A stretch of 64,000 nt of DNA from Alphaproteobacteria bacterium (GTDB taxonomy: Bacteria > Pseudomonadota > Alphaproteobacteria > SP197): contig OZ219747.1 in NCBI GenBank assembly GCA_964291265.2, positions 2,784,001-2,848,000 of the forward strand, in the 5' to 3' direction. Positions 41,530 to 51,480 of this stretch are shown one piece after another. Each line of letters starts with the position of its first letter. Position 1 is the first letter of the stretch. Under the pieces are notes generated by a model that was given only the letters and a program-made list of their open reading frames with translations, searched no databases and was not told the origin of the DNA. Both the position numbers and the translations under genes were made by a program.

Positions 41530-42126
41530 TCAGCACACATTGACGTCGTTGATCCCCGACACGATGTGGCTGACAATGCCGTAGTCGCGGGCTTCTTCCG
41601 GACTGAGCCAGTGGTTGCGGTCCGTGTCACGCGCCACCTGCTCGAGCGACTGCCCCGTCTCGCTGGCAATGACGCGGTTGAGGCGGTCGCGCATCTTCAG
41701 GATCTCGCGGGCCTCGATCTCCATGTCGACGGCACTGCCACCGACTCCGCCCATGGGCTGGTGAAGCAGGAATCGGGTGTTGGGTGTGCAGTAGCGCCTG
41801 TCGCGTGCCGCGGCGAGGTAGATATGGACCCCCGCACTGGCCACCCAACCGGTTCCGATGACCGTCACGGGAGCGTCGATGAAGCGGATCATGTCGTGAA
41901 TGGCATCGCCTGACTCGACATGGCCTCCCGGTGAACTGATCACGAGGCGGACGGGTTCGTGCGAGGTCTCGCTCAACGCCAGGAGCTGCGCGGTCGTCTC
42001 GCGTGCCGCCTTTACGTTGATCTCGCCGAAGAGCAGGACCAGGCGGGAGTCGAAGAGGATCTTCGCCGCTGCGGCAGTCTTGTCACGGGAGTCCCGCTCG
42101 TCTTCAGACAGCACCGGTGTTGTCAT
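41530..42126 (-). CDS. clpP: ATP-dependent Clp protease proteolytic subunit
   Basis: ISSPGGHVESG, VASAG, RFLLHQP, DTDRNHWL. Confidence 0.93.
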   Translation of the reverse strand: MTTPVLSEDERDSRDKTAAAAKILFDSRLVLLFGEINVKAARETTAQLLALSETSHEPVRLVISSPGGHVESGDAIHDMIRFIDAPVTVIGTGWVASAGVHIYLAAARDRRYCTPNTRFLLHQPMGGVGGSAVDMEIEAREILKMRDRLNRVIASETGQSLEQVARDTDRNHWLSPEEARDYGIVSHIVSGINDVNVC

Positions 42127-42177
42127 GCGCACCGTATCCGGTTGAATGGAGTCTGACGAATAGCAGTCCCGGGGTGG

Positions 42178-43101
42178 TCAGGAAAGCCCCATGAGGGAGC
42201 GGGCGTACTCCCGCGCCTCGAAGGGCCTGAGATCATCGGCTCCCTCGCCGACGCCGACGGCGTGCAGGGGGAGCTGGAATCGTTCACCGAGGCCGACGAC
42301 GACACCGCCCCGCGCCGAACCATCGAGTTTGGTGACGATCAGTCCGGTAATGTCGCACGCATCACGGAAGGTCTCGACCTGAGCGTGGGCGTTCTGGCCG
42401 GTGGTGGCATCGACGACGAGAACCCGGTCATGTGGCGCTCGGGAATCAAGCTTGCCCAGAACCCGCCGGATCTTGACCAGTTCGTCCATCAGGTGACGCT
42501 TGTTGTGGAGACGGCCGGCCGTGTCGACGAGCAGGAGGTCCGCGTTGTGCGATTGCGCCGACTGGTAGGCCGTGTAGGCAAGGGCTGCAGGATCGCCTCC
42601 CTCCTTGCCGCTGACCACGGTGGCGCCGGTGCGCCGGCCCCAGATCCCGAGCTGTTCCATGGCGGCCGCCCGAAAGGTATCGCCGGCGGCCAGCACCACC
42701 GCGAGACCGTTGTCTCGGTGATGCTGCGCGAGTTTGCCGATCGTCGTGGTCTTGCCTGTCCCGTTGACTCCCATCACGAGGACGACATGGGGGCGATGGG
42801 CGGGATCGGGACACAGGGGCACGGCAAGCGGTTCGAGAATGCGGACGATGTGTTCGGCAAGATCGCTGCGCACCTCCTCGTCGGTCACCTGGCGGTTGAA
42901 CCGCTGGCGCGAGAGTTCCGCCACCAGGGCCGCTGCCGTGGTCACACCGATATCGCTTTCGATCAGCGCATCCTCGAGTTCGCCCAGGACGGTGCTGTCG
43001 AGCTTCCTCGAGTTGACGATCGCGCCGATCGAGTCCTTCAGTCTGTCGGAAGATCGCGTGAGCCCGGCACGCAGCCGGGAAAACCAGCCGTCGGGGCTCA
43101 C
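42178..43101 (-). CDS. ftsY: SRP receptor
   Basis: GVNGTGKTTTIGK, DTFRAAA, DTAGRL, TKLDGSARGG. Confidence 0.97.
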   Translation of the reverse strand: MSPDGWFSRLRAGLTRSSDRLKDSIGAIVNSRKLDSTVLGELEDALIESDIGVTTAAALVAELSRQRFNRQVTDEEVRSDLAEHIVRILEPLAVPLCPDPAHRPHVVLVMGVNGTGKTTTIGKLAQHHRDNGLAVVLAAGDTFRAAAMEQLGIWGRRTGATVVSGKEGGDPAALAYTAYQSAQSHNADLLLVDTAGRLHNKRHLMDELVKIRRVLGKLDSRAPHDRVLVVDATTGQNAHAQVETFRDACDITGLIVTKLDGSARGGVVVGLGERFQLPLHAVGVGEGADDLRPFEAREYARSLMGLS

Positions 43102-44294
43102 GAGCCGGGTTCCGAGAGCAGCCGGTCACCGTCGCGGCCGGTGAGGACGAGGGCATGGATGGTGCCCGCTGCGAGGTCCGCGCGCGTTGCCACCGGGGCG
43201 TAGTGTTCCGTGCGGCCTTTCCCCGGGGCTTCGACGAGAACGGCAGAGGTGGAGCCGACAAGGGAATCAAGACAGGAGGAAGCGGCAGCCGCACCGGCCT
43301 GGCGCAGCCTCGCCGCACGTTCCCTTCTCACGTGGCGCGGAAGCGACGGCATCCTTGCCGCAGGTGTTCCGGGCCGCTCGGAATAGGGAAAGACGTGAAG
43401 CCATGTCAGGCCGCAGTCGTTCACATGGGTCAGGGTGTTGGCAAACATGTCCTCCGATTCGGTAGGGAACCCGGCGATCAGGTCGGCCCCGAACACCATG
43501 TCGGGTCGCAGCCGCCGCACGGTCCGGCAGAAGCGGACAGCGTCCTGCGGTGCATGACGGCGCCTCATGCGCTTGAGAATCATGGAGTCTCCCGCCTGGA
43601 GTGACAGGTGGAGATGGGGCATCAGACGCTCCTCGGTCGCGATGGCGTCGAGGAGTGTTCCGTCGATCTCCGCGACATCCAGGCTGGTCAGCCTGAGCCG
43701 GGGCAGTTCGGGCACGCCGGCAAGGATGGCGCGGACGAGGTCACCGAGGCGGGGCCGGCCCGGGAGGTCCTGACCCCATGCCGTGATGTCGACGCCGGTC
43801 AGCACCACCTCGTTGCACCCGGACGAAACGATGTCGCGGACATCGTTGATGACATCCTCCTTCGGGCGGCTTCTCGAAGGGCCGCGGCCGCGGGGGATGA
43901 TGCAGAACGTGCAGTGATGATCACAACCGTTCTGCACCTCGACGGGGGTGCGGATCCTCGCTGCCGGGGATATGGTTCCCTGCGTGGCCGGCGCCTCGGT
44001 CCAGGTCTCGCGTCGGGTCTTGACGCCGTTGGCCACGACACGGTCGATTTCCGGCATGGCGGCCCATGTCTGGCGGTCGATTTCGCTGGCGCAGCCGGTG
44101 GCGACGATGGTGGCCGCCGGATTCTCGCGGCGCAGCCGGCGCACCATCTGGCGAGCCTGGCGCTCGGCCTCGGCCGTCACGGCGCAGGTGTTGACGACGA
44201 TCGTGTTCTCCACGCCGCCCGATTCCAGGTGCCGGGACACGAGTCCCGCCTCCCGGGCGTTGAGGCGGCAGCCGAAGTTCACCACACGGCTCAT
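43098..44294 (-). CDS. mtaB: tRNA t6A37 methylthiotransferase
   Basis: FGCRLN, NTCAVT, QNGCDHHCTFCIIP radical-SAM motif; dapF-mtaB-ftsY synteny. Confidence 0.93.
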   Translation of the reverse strand: MSRVVNFGCRLNAREAGLVSRHLESGGVENTIVVNTCAVTAEAERQARQMVRRLRRENPAATIVATGCASEIDRQTWAAMPEIDRVVANGVKTRRETWTEAPATQGTISPAARIRTPVEVQNGCDHHCTFCIIPRGRGPSRSRPKEDVINDVRDIVSSGCNEVVLTGVDITAWGQDLPGRPRLGDLVRAILAGVPELPRLRLTSLDVAEIDGTLLDAIATEERLMPHLHLSLQAGDSMILKRMRRRHAPQDAVRFCRTVRRLRPDMVFGADLIAGFPTESEDMFANTLTHVNDCGLTWLHVFPYSERPGTPAARMPSLPRHVRRERAARLRQAGAAAASSCLDSLVGSTSAVLVEAPGKGRTEHYAPVATRADLAAGTIHALVLTGRDGDRLLSEPGS

Positions 44295-45118
44295 GCCGTG
44301 ATCTCCGACATGAGGGTGCCCCTGCACACCAGGCGGGCGGGTCCGGCCAGGTGAACGTGTCCGTTCTCGCGCCAGTCGAGATCGAGGTCACCGCCGGGCA
44401 GGACCACGGTCACATGGCGCTGGGTGAGGCCACGCCGGTGGCCGGCGACGGCGATGGCGCAGGCCGCAGACCCGCAGGCGAGCGTGGCGCCGGCGCCCCG
44501 CTCCCAGACCCGCGCCCGCACCCTCGAGTTCGTCTCGACCGTGGCAAAGCTGATGTTGGCTCGGTGCGGGAAGAGAGAGTGTCGCTCGAGGAGCGGTCCG
44601 GTCGCCGCAAGGTCAACCGCATTGCAATCCTCGACGAAGAGGACGGCATGTGGATTGCCGATGCTGACGCAGGTGGCAGGCGACGCCGCGGCATCGCCGA
44701 GGTCGACCTGAAGCGTGTCGGAGGGGCTCGCCAGGGGGACGTCCCGCCAGCCGAATCGCGGGCGGCCCATGTCGACGTCGAACATCTCCAGTCCACGCCG
44801 GCGTGCCTTCAGCAGGCCGGACCGTGTTTCGATGTCGGCGTCATCCCTTCCGCTCTCTTCCATGAGCAGCCGGGCGACGCAGCGGGTTCCGTTGCCGCAG
44901 GCTTCGGCCTCGCTGCCGTCCGGGTTCCAGATGCGCATGAAGGCATCGCCCGTGATCGAAGGCTCGAGGCGGATGAGTTGATCGCATCCCACTCCGACCC
45001 GGCGGTCGGCAATCCTGCGGACCAGGCAGGTGGGAAGCGGTGCCGCACGCTCCCGGGCGTCGATGATCACGAAATCATTGCCCAGGCCGTGCATCTTGAC
45101 GAAGCTGACAGGATCCAT
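44291..45118 (-). CDS. dapF: Diaminopimelate epimerase
   Basis: KMHGLGNDF, ACGNGTRC, GNPH, WERGAG.TLACGS. Confidence 0.97.
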   Translation of the reverse strand: MDPVSFVKMHGLGNDFVIIDARERAAPLPTCLVRRIADRRVGVGCDQLIRLEPSITGDAFMRIWNPDGSEAEACGNGTRCVARLLMEESGRDDADIETRSGLLKARRRGLEMFDVDMGRPRFGWRDVPLASPSDTLQVDLGDAAASPATCVSIGNPHAVLFVEDCNAVDLAATGPLLERHSLFPHRANISFATVETNSRVRARVWERGAGATLACGSAACAIAVAGHRRGLTQRHVTVVLPGGDLDLDWRENGHVHLAGPARLVCRGTLMSEITA

Positions 45119-45186
45119 GGCCGTTGCTATATAGGGGCGGACGCCATCGGCGTCCATGCCCACCCCCCGGCAGACGAGGTGACCCG

Positions 45187-45669
45187 ATGACGACGCTCAA
45201 TCGCCTGCCGGTTCTCGAGAGGCGGCGCATTCAGGCAGAGGTTGTCAGACCGCTCTGGCTGGCCATGAAGGCCGAGGTCGGCGAAGCGGGGGCGCGCCGG
45301 ATCCTTTCATCGGCGATTGTCGAGGCGGCCATCGCCGAGGGACGCGAGTTCGCCGAGAAGAACGGAGGGCCTGGAGGCCTCCGCGGATTCCTGTCCTTCC
45401 AGCATCTCTGGGATGCCGATGGCGCCCTCGAGACCGACGTCACGCGCAGCACTGAAGACGAGTACGTCTACCGTGTCACGCGGTGCCGCTATGCGGAGAT
45501 GTACAGGGAGATGGGACTGGCCGAAATCGGTTTCGAACTCTCCTGCAATCGCGATGCGACCTTCGCGACGGGCTATGATCCGCGCATCCGCCTCAGGCGC
45601 ACGCAGACGATCATGCAGGGCGCCGACCACTGCGACTTCCATTATCTTATGGTCCGTGAAAGGACCTGA
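45187..45669 (+). CDS. L-2-amino-thiazoline-4-carboxylic acid hydrolase family protein
   Basis: VTRCRYAEMY, LSCNRD, RTQTIMQGA.HCDF. Confidence 0.85.
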   Translation: MTTLNRLPVLERRRIQAEVVRPLWLAMKAEVGEAGARRILSSAIVEAAIAEGREFAEKNGGPGGLRGFLSFQHLWDADGALETDVTRSTEDEYVYRVTRCRYAEMYREMGLAEIGFELSCNRDATFATGYDPRIRLRRTQTIMQGADHCDFHYLMVRERT

Positions 45670-45688
45670 GCCCTTGAGAGGAGTGTCC

Positions 45689-47089
45689 ATGTTCGACAGG
45701 CTCACCGGCAACTTCGAGGGAATCTTCACCCGGCTACGGCGCAAGGGCTCCCTGCGCGAGGGCGACATCGATGCCGCACTGCGCGAAGTGCGTGCCGCCT
45801 TGCTCGAAGCCGATGTCGCGCTCTCCGTCGCCAGGCAGTTCGTCGACACGGTCCGCGAGCGGTCACGTGGTGTGGAGAGGCTGCCGGGCGTCAGTCCGGC
45901 TCAGCAGGTCATCAAGCTCGTGCACGACCACCTGGTGGAAACGCTCGGATCAGAAATCACCGAACTCGATCTGGCTGGCAATCCCCCCGTCGCCATGATG
46001 CTGGTCGGTCTCCAGGGTTCCGGCAAGACCACGACCACGGCGAAGATCGGGCGCTGGCTCCAGGAGGGGAAGGGGAAGAGGAAGGTCCTGATGGCCTCCC
46101 TGGATGTCCGACGTCCGGCGGCCCAGGAGCAGTTGGCGGTGCTTGGGAAACAGGCTGGAGTCGAGACCCTGCCGATCGTTGCCGGAGACGGTCCCCTTGC
46201 CATTGCCCGGCGTGCCCTCAGGGCAGCACGGCGCAGCGCCACCGATGTCGTTCTCCTCGATACTGCAGGCCGGCTCCACATCGACGACGAACTGATGGAA
46301 GAACTGGCAAGCGTCAGGGAGCTGGCCTCGCCCCGCGAAGTGCTGTTCGTGGCGGACGCCATGACCGGGCAGGACGCGGTCAACAGCGCCAGGTCGTTTC
46401 ACGAAAGCGCCGGCGTCAGCGGTATCGTGCTGACCCGTGTCGACGGTGATGCTCGCGGAGGAGCGGCCCTGTCGATGCGGCAGGTGACCGGGTGTCCCAT
46501 CAAGCTGATGGGAACCGGCGAACAACTCGACCAGCTCGAACCCTTCCACCCCGACCGTCTGGCCGGACAGATTCTCGGCATGGGCGACATCGTGAGCCTG
46601 GTGGAAAGGGCGGCCCGGGTCGTGGAAGATGAGGATGCGCGCAAGCTGTTGGGGAAGATCGAGGCCGGACAGGGTCTCGACTTCGATGACCTGCGCCTGC
46701 AGATCTCGCACCTGCGCCGGATGGGCGGCATGCAAGGCCTTCTCGGACTGCTGCCCGGCGCGGCCCGGGCGCGCCGGAGTATGGAATCATCGCAGCTCGA
46801 CGAGTCCGCGCTCAGCCTCGTGGAGGCGATCCTCTCATCGATGACGTCGGCCGAGCGCCGTAATCCGCGCATCATTCACGCAAGCCGCAAGAAGCGCATT
46901 GCCGCCGGTTCGGGCACCCGCATCCAGGACGTCAACAGGGTCATGAAAATGCATGCCCAGATGAACGGCGGCATGAAGAAGGTCCGCAGGATGGCGAGGA
47001 AGGGCCAGCTTCCGCCCGACCTCGAGGCGCTCAGTTCCGTGAACCCGCTGTCCGGCATCGACATGCCGAGCGGGCCCAAGCTTCGCTGA
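45689..47089 (+). CDS. ffh: Signal recognition particle protein
   Basis: ALLEADV, GLQGSGKTT, DTAGRL, DGDARGGAALS, ILGMGD. Confidence 0.97.
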   Translation: MFDRLTGNFEGIFTRLRRKGSLREGDIDAALREVRAALLEADVALSVARQFVDTVRERSRGVERLPGVSPAQQVIKLVHDHLVETLGSEITELDLAGNPPVAMMLVGLQGSGKTTTTAKIGRWLQEGKGKRKVLMASLDVRRPAAQEQLAVLGKQAGVETLPIVAGDGPLAIARRALRAARRSATDVVLLDTAGRLHIDDELMEELASVRELASPREVLFVADAMTGQDAVNSARSFHESAGVSGIVLTRVDGDARGGAALSMRQVTGCPIKLMGTGEQLDQLEPFHPDRLAGQILGMGDIVSLVERAARVVEDEDARKLLGKIEAGQGLDFDDLRLQISHLRRMGGMQGLLGLLPGAARARRSMESSQLDESALSLVEAILSSMTSAERRNPRIIHASRKKRIAAGSGTRIQDVNRVMKMHAQMNGGMKKVRRMARKGQLPPDLEALSSVNPLSGIDMPSGPKLR

Positions 47090-47166
47090 ACGGGATCAGG
47101 ACCACAACCCGTTCGGCTGGATCACGTGCCGGGACCGCGCCGCGACACTGTCCGGTCATGAGCAGG

Positions 47167-48087
47167 TCAGGAACCTTTCATGGCCGCGTCGACCATGGGT
47201 TGCCAGACGTCCACGTTGTCGTCGAGCCACCGGTTCGTCACCTCGATGAGATCCTGTTGCTGGTTGTCGATCAGGTCCATCATGATTTCCTGGGGTCCGT
47301 TCGCGAGGGAGAAGTTCTCCAGGAATCGGGCGGCAACGGGCCACTCATCGTAGATGCCGGGCCACGCGACCTTGAGGATACGCGGCTTGTGGAGGCTGTA
47401 CCGGTTCACCAGCTCCTCGGGCATGTCGATCCAGCCGGTTTCCTGGACCGACAGCACCCAGTGGGGAGCCCAGAACATCATGACGAGCGGCGCCCTGCGA
47501 TCCACTGCGGAATTCAGTTCAGCGATCATCGTTCCTTCACTGCCGGCCGGCACGACGTCGAAAGGCAGGTCCTGCTCACGAATGAGATCGCCGCCGCGGC
47601 TGCGCCATTCCGACGGATAGTCGAGGAAGCGGCCATTGGGAAAGGTCTCGGAGGTGGAGAAGAGCTCGTGGCAGTCGAGGAAGGCCTCCCATGCGGGCAG
47701 GCCGGGGCATTCCTCCTCCACATAGAGCGGATAGAGCCATCCTTCCCGGGCATCGAGTCCCAGATCACCGATGTCGAGAATGTCGCCGCTCTCGATCATG
47801 ACCGGATAGACGTCACCCAGATTGTTGCTCCACAACTCTGGAGAATACGTGAGTTCACCGTCGGCCAGCCCCTGGGGGGCGGCGAGGGCCGAAATCGCCA
47901 CATACTCGACATCGTAGCCCATGCGCCGGAGAATCTCCCCGGACACGGTGGACGAGATCTGGGCGCCGGTCCAGTTGTGCAGGGGCACGATGATCGGCCT
48001 CTCCGACTCGGGTACGTCCGCGCTGGCCGGACCCGCGAGCATGAGGGCCGCGCCGGTGGCGAACAGCATCTTCCTTGCAGTTCCCAT
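47167..48087 (-). CDS. Glycine betaine/TMAO-type ABC substrate-binding protein (OpuAC/ProX family)
   Basis: Signal peptide, LHNWTG, ELW, REGWLYP.Y, FWAPHW. Confidence 0.85.
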   Translation of the reverse strand: MGTARKMLFATGAALMLAGPASADVPESERPIIVPLHNWTGAQISSTVSGEILRRMGYDVEYVAISALAAPQGLADGELTYSPELWSNNLGDVYPVMIESGDILDIGDLGLDAREGWLYPLYVEEECPGLPAWEAFLDCHELFSTSETFPNGRFLDYPSEWRSRGGDLIREQDLPFDVVPAGSEGTMIAELNSAVDRRAPLVMMFWAPHWVLSVQETGWIDMPEELVNRYSLHKPRILKVAWPGIYDEWPVAARFLENFSLANGPQEIMMDLIDNQQQDLIEVTNRWLDDNVDVWQPMVDAAMKGS

Positions 48088-48217
48088 GACTTCAAACTCC
48101 TCGTTGTCACTCAACATGTGAGGGCGAGTATGCCCTGTCATGTCAGGCACAGCGAGTCGCACCTTCTTCCCGGAGGGTGTATTCATGCCGCGGATGACAC
48201 GACGGAGTTGCGGGGAC

Positions 48218-48607
48218 ATGGGTCGGGCAACCATCAATGCGATGTGCGCCGTCTTTCCGGGCGCAGTGGATACGGACCCCTGGGGAGACGGCCATGACGC
48301 CTGGAAGATCGGCGGCAGGATGTTTGCCTGCATGGGCGTATCCGATGAAGGTGTTTCCGTCAAGACAGACAGCATCGAGACGGCGGCGATGCTGATCGAT
48401 GCGGGCATCGGCAGGAAGGCGCGGTACTTCCACCGCTCGTGGATCAACCTGCCCTTCGACTGTGCGGAAGACCAGCTCTGGCAGCGTCTTGTCGTGTCCT
48501 ACCGCATCGTGCGTTCCGCACTCCCGTCCCGGGTGCGAGCCGAACTTCCCCCCGAAGAGGACCCGGTGCTCCTCCATTCGAGATACCGGGCAGCGAGGAC
48601 CGCGTAG
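48218..48607 (+). CDS. MmcQ/YjbR family protein
   Basis: PW..GHDAWKIGGRMFA, A.YFHRSW, SY.IV...L. Confidence 0.88.
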   Translation: MGRATINAMCAVFPGAVDTDPWGDGHDAWKIGGRMFACMGVSDEGVSVKTDSIETAAMLIDAGIGRKARYFHRSWINLPFDCAEDQLWQRLVVSYRIVRSALPSRVRAELPPEEDPVLLHSRYRAARTA

Positions 48608-48640
48608 AACCGGGACAACCCTTCCCGGAACGCCGGAGAA

Positions 48641-49864
48641 TCAGGACGCGATGCGGTCGAGGTACCAGTCGGTGAAGGCGGCCGAATAGTCCTCCAGGTC
48701 CGCATAGGGCCCGGGAGAGTAGCGTGTGGAGTTCACGCCTTTCTGGTTGTCGATGATGATCTTCGTGTCCTCGACGGTGGTCACATCCCACATCCAGATC
48801 AGGCGCTCGAGATCGACGTTCCGGTCGAGGTCTGCATCGGCGCGAACGTGCCAGGTCACGAGGACCTCGCTGAATTCCGGCGTGACCGGCGTGAAGCGGA
48901 ACATCGTGAGATGATCGGCACAGAGATAGGCATAGGAGAGCGGTCCAAGGGTGAAGGCCGTCTCGCCGCCATCCCAGTGTTCCAGGGCGCCAAGCAGGGG
49001 AGCAACGGGCTGTCCGTCCTGCGAAAGCGTGAGATAGCCTTCGCGAATGGGCTGGCGCCACACGCTGTGGGGCTGACGCGGGTCACCGGCGTCGCCATCC
49101 GACCAGCCCACCGGATGACCGAGCTTCCTCGCCCGCTCGGCCCAGGCCTCGATCACCGGCCGGTAGGTCTCCGGACCGCGTTCGTGCGCCTTCACGTAGG
49201 CATTGACCATCGTGTACTCGGGATGGGCCGGCGAGCAGTGATAGCACTCGCGGAAGTTGTCGACGACGAGTTTCCAGTTGGCGTAGGTCGGATAGACCTC
49301 GCGGTGCACGATCTTCGTGTCCCTGAGGTGATGCTGCCCGGCGTAGGTATCAAGCAGGTCGGCCACGCCGCCGAAATCCGCGACGTGCGGATCATCGGCG
49401 CCGGCCAGGCAGATGAAGACGAGACCGTGGGCGACCCGGACCGAGCATTCATGGAGCGGGTAGTCGGCCTTGTTGAATCCGTCGGGCATGGAACGTGCAG
49501 CGATGAGGCGGCCGTCGAGATCGTAGGCCCAGGCATGATAGGGGCACACGAGCTTGGCGGCGTGGCCGCGTTCCTCGAGGCAGATGTGGCTGCCGCGGTG
49601 TCGGCAGACATTGAAGAAGGCGCGCACCACCTGATCGCGGCCACGCACGAGGATGATGGACTCCTCGCCGATCCGGTACACGAGGTAGTCGCCTCTCGAG
49701 GGAATCTCGCTCTCGTGGGCGACATAGAGCCAGGATCTGGAAACGACCTTCTCCATGTCTCGTCTGAAGATCCCGGGATCCCGGTAGAACGGCTGTTCCA
49801 GAGTGAAACCGGATCGCTGCCGGGCGATCAGGTCGTCCACCGCAGGGATGTCGTGTGCCTGCAT
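48641..49864 (-). CDS. Rieske oxygenase alpha subunit (betaine demethylase GbcA-like)
   Basis: NVCRHRG...CPYHAWAY, NWK...NFRECYHC...HPE. Confidence 0.9.
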   Translation of the reverse strand: MQAHDIPAVDDLIARQRSGFTLEQPFYRDPGIFRRDMEKVVSRSWLYVAHESEIPSRGDYLVYRIGEESIILVRGRDQVVRAFFNVCRHRGSHICLEERGHAAKLVCPYHAWAYDLDGRLIAARSMPDGFNKADYPLHECSVRVAHGLVFICLAGADDPHVADFGGVADLLDTYAGQHHLRDTKIVHREVYPTYANWKLVVDNFRECYHCSPAHPEYTMVNAYVKAHERGPETYRPVIEAWAERARKLGHPVGWSDGDAGDPRQPHSVWRQPIREGYLTLSQDGQPVAPLLGALEHWDGGETAFTLGPLSYAYLCADHLTMFRFTPVTPEFSEVLVTWHVRADADLDRNVDLERLIWMWDVTTVEDTKIIIDNQKGVNSTRYSPGPYADLEDYSAAFTDWYLDRIAS

Positions 49865-50016
49865 TGCGAGCTCCCGTCGATGCGGCAATCTACCCCATCA
49901 CGCGCCGCGACGGGAAGTCCCGCGGCACGGCATGACGACGCCATCGGGGATCGCGGCGCGGTCTTTCGGGAACCGGCGCAGGGAGCCTCGTTCCTGCCAG
50001 TCCGAAACGGGGTTTC

Positions 50017-51318
50017 TCACTCGATGGATCGAGGCGACCATGCAGGCGGTCCGGTCACGAGATCCATGGATCGTTCCCTCGCCAGCGCAAGACCGGCGTC
50101 GTCGAGCATGGAGGCGAGATCGGCAAGAAGCTGCCGGGAATAGAGATAGTCGGCGCCAGGGCCCGTGTTCTTCAGGGCGACCATGGCCCAGGCGCAGGCC
50201 TCGACCGCGTCGGCGGCCACGCCGTCGCCCGCGGCGTAGCGCCTGGCCATGTCGTGCTGGGCGGCCAGCAGTCCCCATCGGGCCGCATCGAGAACCTGAT
50301 CACTGGCCGAAACGCCCGGCGGACGCACGTAGTTCACTCCCGGGGTGGTGTTCCCGAGGACAAGAAGGGCATCTGCCGAGCCGGCGGCTTCGGCCCGCAC
50401 GAGGATCTGACCCTTCAGGTTGCTGACGAAGAACGTTCCCCAGCCTTCGGTCAGCATCGCCGCCAGGGACCAGATGGCCCGGGGGTGACGGTGGCGTGCG
50501 GCGACAAGGTACCAGTCGGTTGCATGTTCGATGTGGGGGATGCCGATCCTGCCGAACCTCACCATGTCGCCCATGAGCAGGGCGGCCTGGGGGTCGCCGT
50601 CTTCGGCCAGGGGCTCCAGGAGAACGCGGGCCGCCTCATATTCGCCCCGGCGAATGAGCAGCCGGGCTTCCGTCACGCCCGGGGCGTCGGACCCGGCCCA
50701 CTCTCCGGGCCACGTCGTGTCGGGAAAACCGCGGTCGACGGCGAGTGTCATGATCCATGTTTCGGGGGGGGTGCCTTCCATGATGATGGCGACGCCATCG
50801 CGGACCCGCACCAGCCGCTTCCCGGAGCCGGGCCAGCCGAGCCAGGACTCGTAGAACAGGCTGTAGAGCCACGACGCCATCGGCGTCAGGCTCACCGGGC
50901 CGGCTTCCATCGGCGGCACGGGCGGACGTGATGATGGCAGGGTCACGACCAGGCTGGCGATCCTCGCAGCAAGCTCAAGGCGAGCGTCGAGCCCTTCCCA
51001 GGGGGCAGACATGATGAACTGTATCTGCGTCGGTTCCGCCCCGTCTTCGAACAGGATGATGCTGAAGGTTCGCGCCGGGTCATCCGGCGTCCTGGTCCGG
51101 CCGACAAGGAGCGGGCCGACGTGGGGGTCGTCGACGGCATCGAAATCCGCTGCGTCGATCAGCCCGCTGGCGGCGGCGGCAAGGATCACTGCAGCGCTCG
51201 TCGTCGGAAGCGCCGGGCCGTCATGTCCTGCGGAACACAGGGTTGGCCCGAGGACAAGCCCGAGGAGGACGGCAAGCCCCCGGGCCGCGGATACGGGTGG
51301 CGGAAAGGGACGGGTCAT
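50017..51318 (-). CDS. Exported Sel1-like repeat protein
   Basis: Signal-like N-terminus; PLAEDGDPQA..LMG, A..WY..AA, AQHDMA..YA.GDGV..D...A.AW. Confidence 0.75.
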   Translation of the reverse strand: MTRPFPPPVSAARGLAVLLGLVLGPTLCSAGHDGPALPTTSAAVILAAAASGLIDAADFDAVDDPHVGPLLVGRTRTPDDPARTFSIILFEDGAEPTQIQFIMSAPWEGLDARLELAARIASLVVTLPSSRPPVPPMEAGPVSLTPMASWLYSLFYESWLGWPGSGKRLVRVRDGVAIIMEGTPPETWIMTLAVDRGFPDTTWPGEWAGSDAPGVTEARLLIRRGEYEAARVLLEPLAEDGDPQAALLMGDMVRFGRIGIPHIEHATDWYLVAARHRHPRAIWSLAAMLTEGWGTFFVSNLKGQILVRAEAAGSADALLVLGNTTPGVNYVRPPGVSASDQVLDAARWGLLAAQHDMARRYAAGDGVAADAVEACAWAMVALKNTGPGADYLYSRQLLADLASMLDDAGLALARERSMDLVTGPPAWSPRSIE

Positions 51319-51480
51319 GGTTCTCCGGCAGGTTGACAGTCACGCATCTGGGCCACCGATGTCGTCTTCCGTTCGCAAGAGGTGATTTGACAGGTGATGA
51401 TATCGTTGTCTGAAAGGCGATGTTGCGGGTTGATCAAGCGTGTGGTTCGCGGTCGCCTTCCCCGCCCCACCAGGCGGCCC

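Noticed and set aside
45317-45688. N-terminal extension of Ffh (also long extensions on ORFs 8187, 11913, 47167-48447)
   Set aside because: These overlap other genes or IS DNA; downstream starts match the family N-termini.
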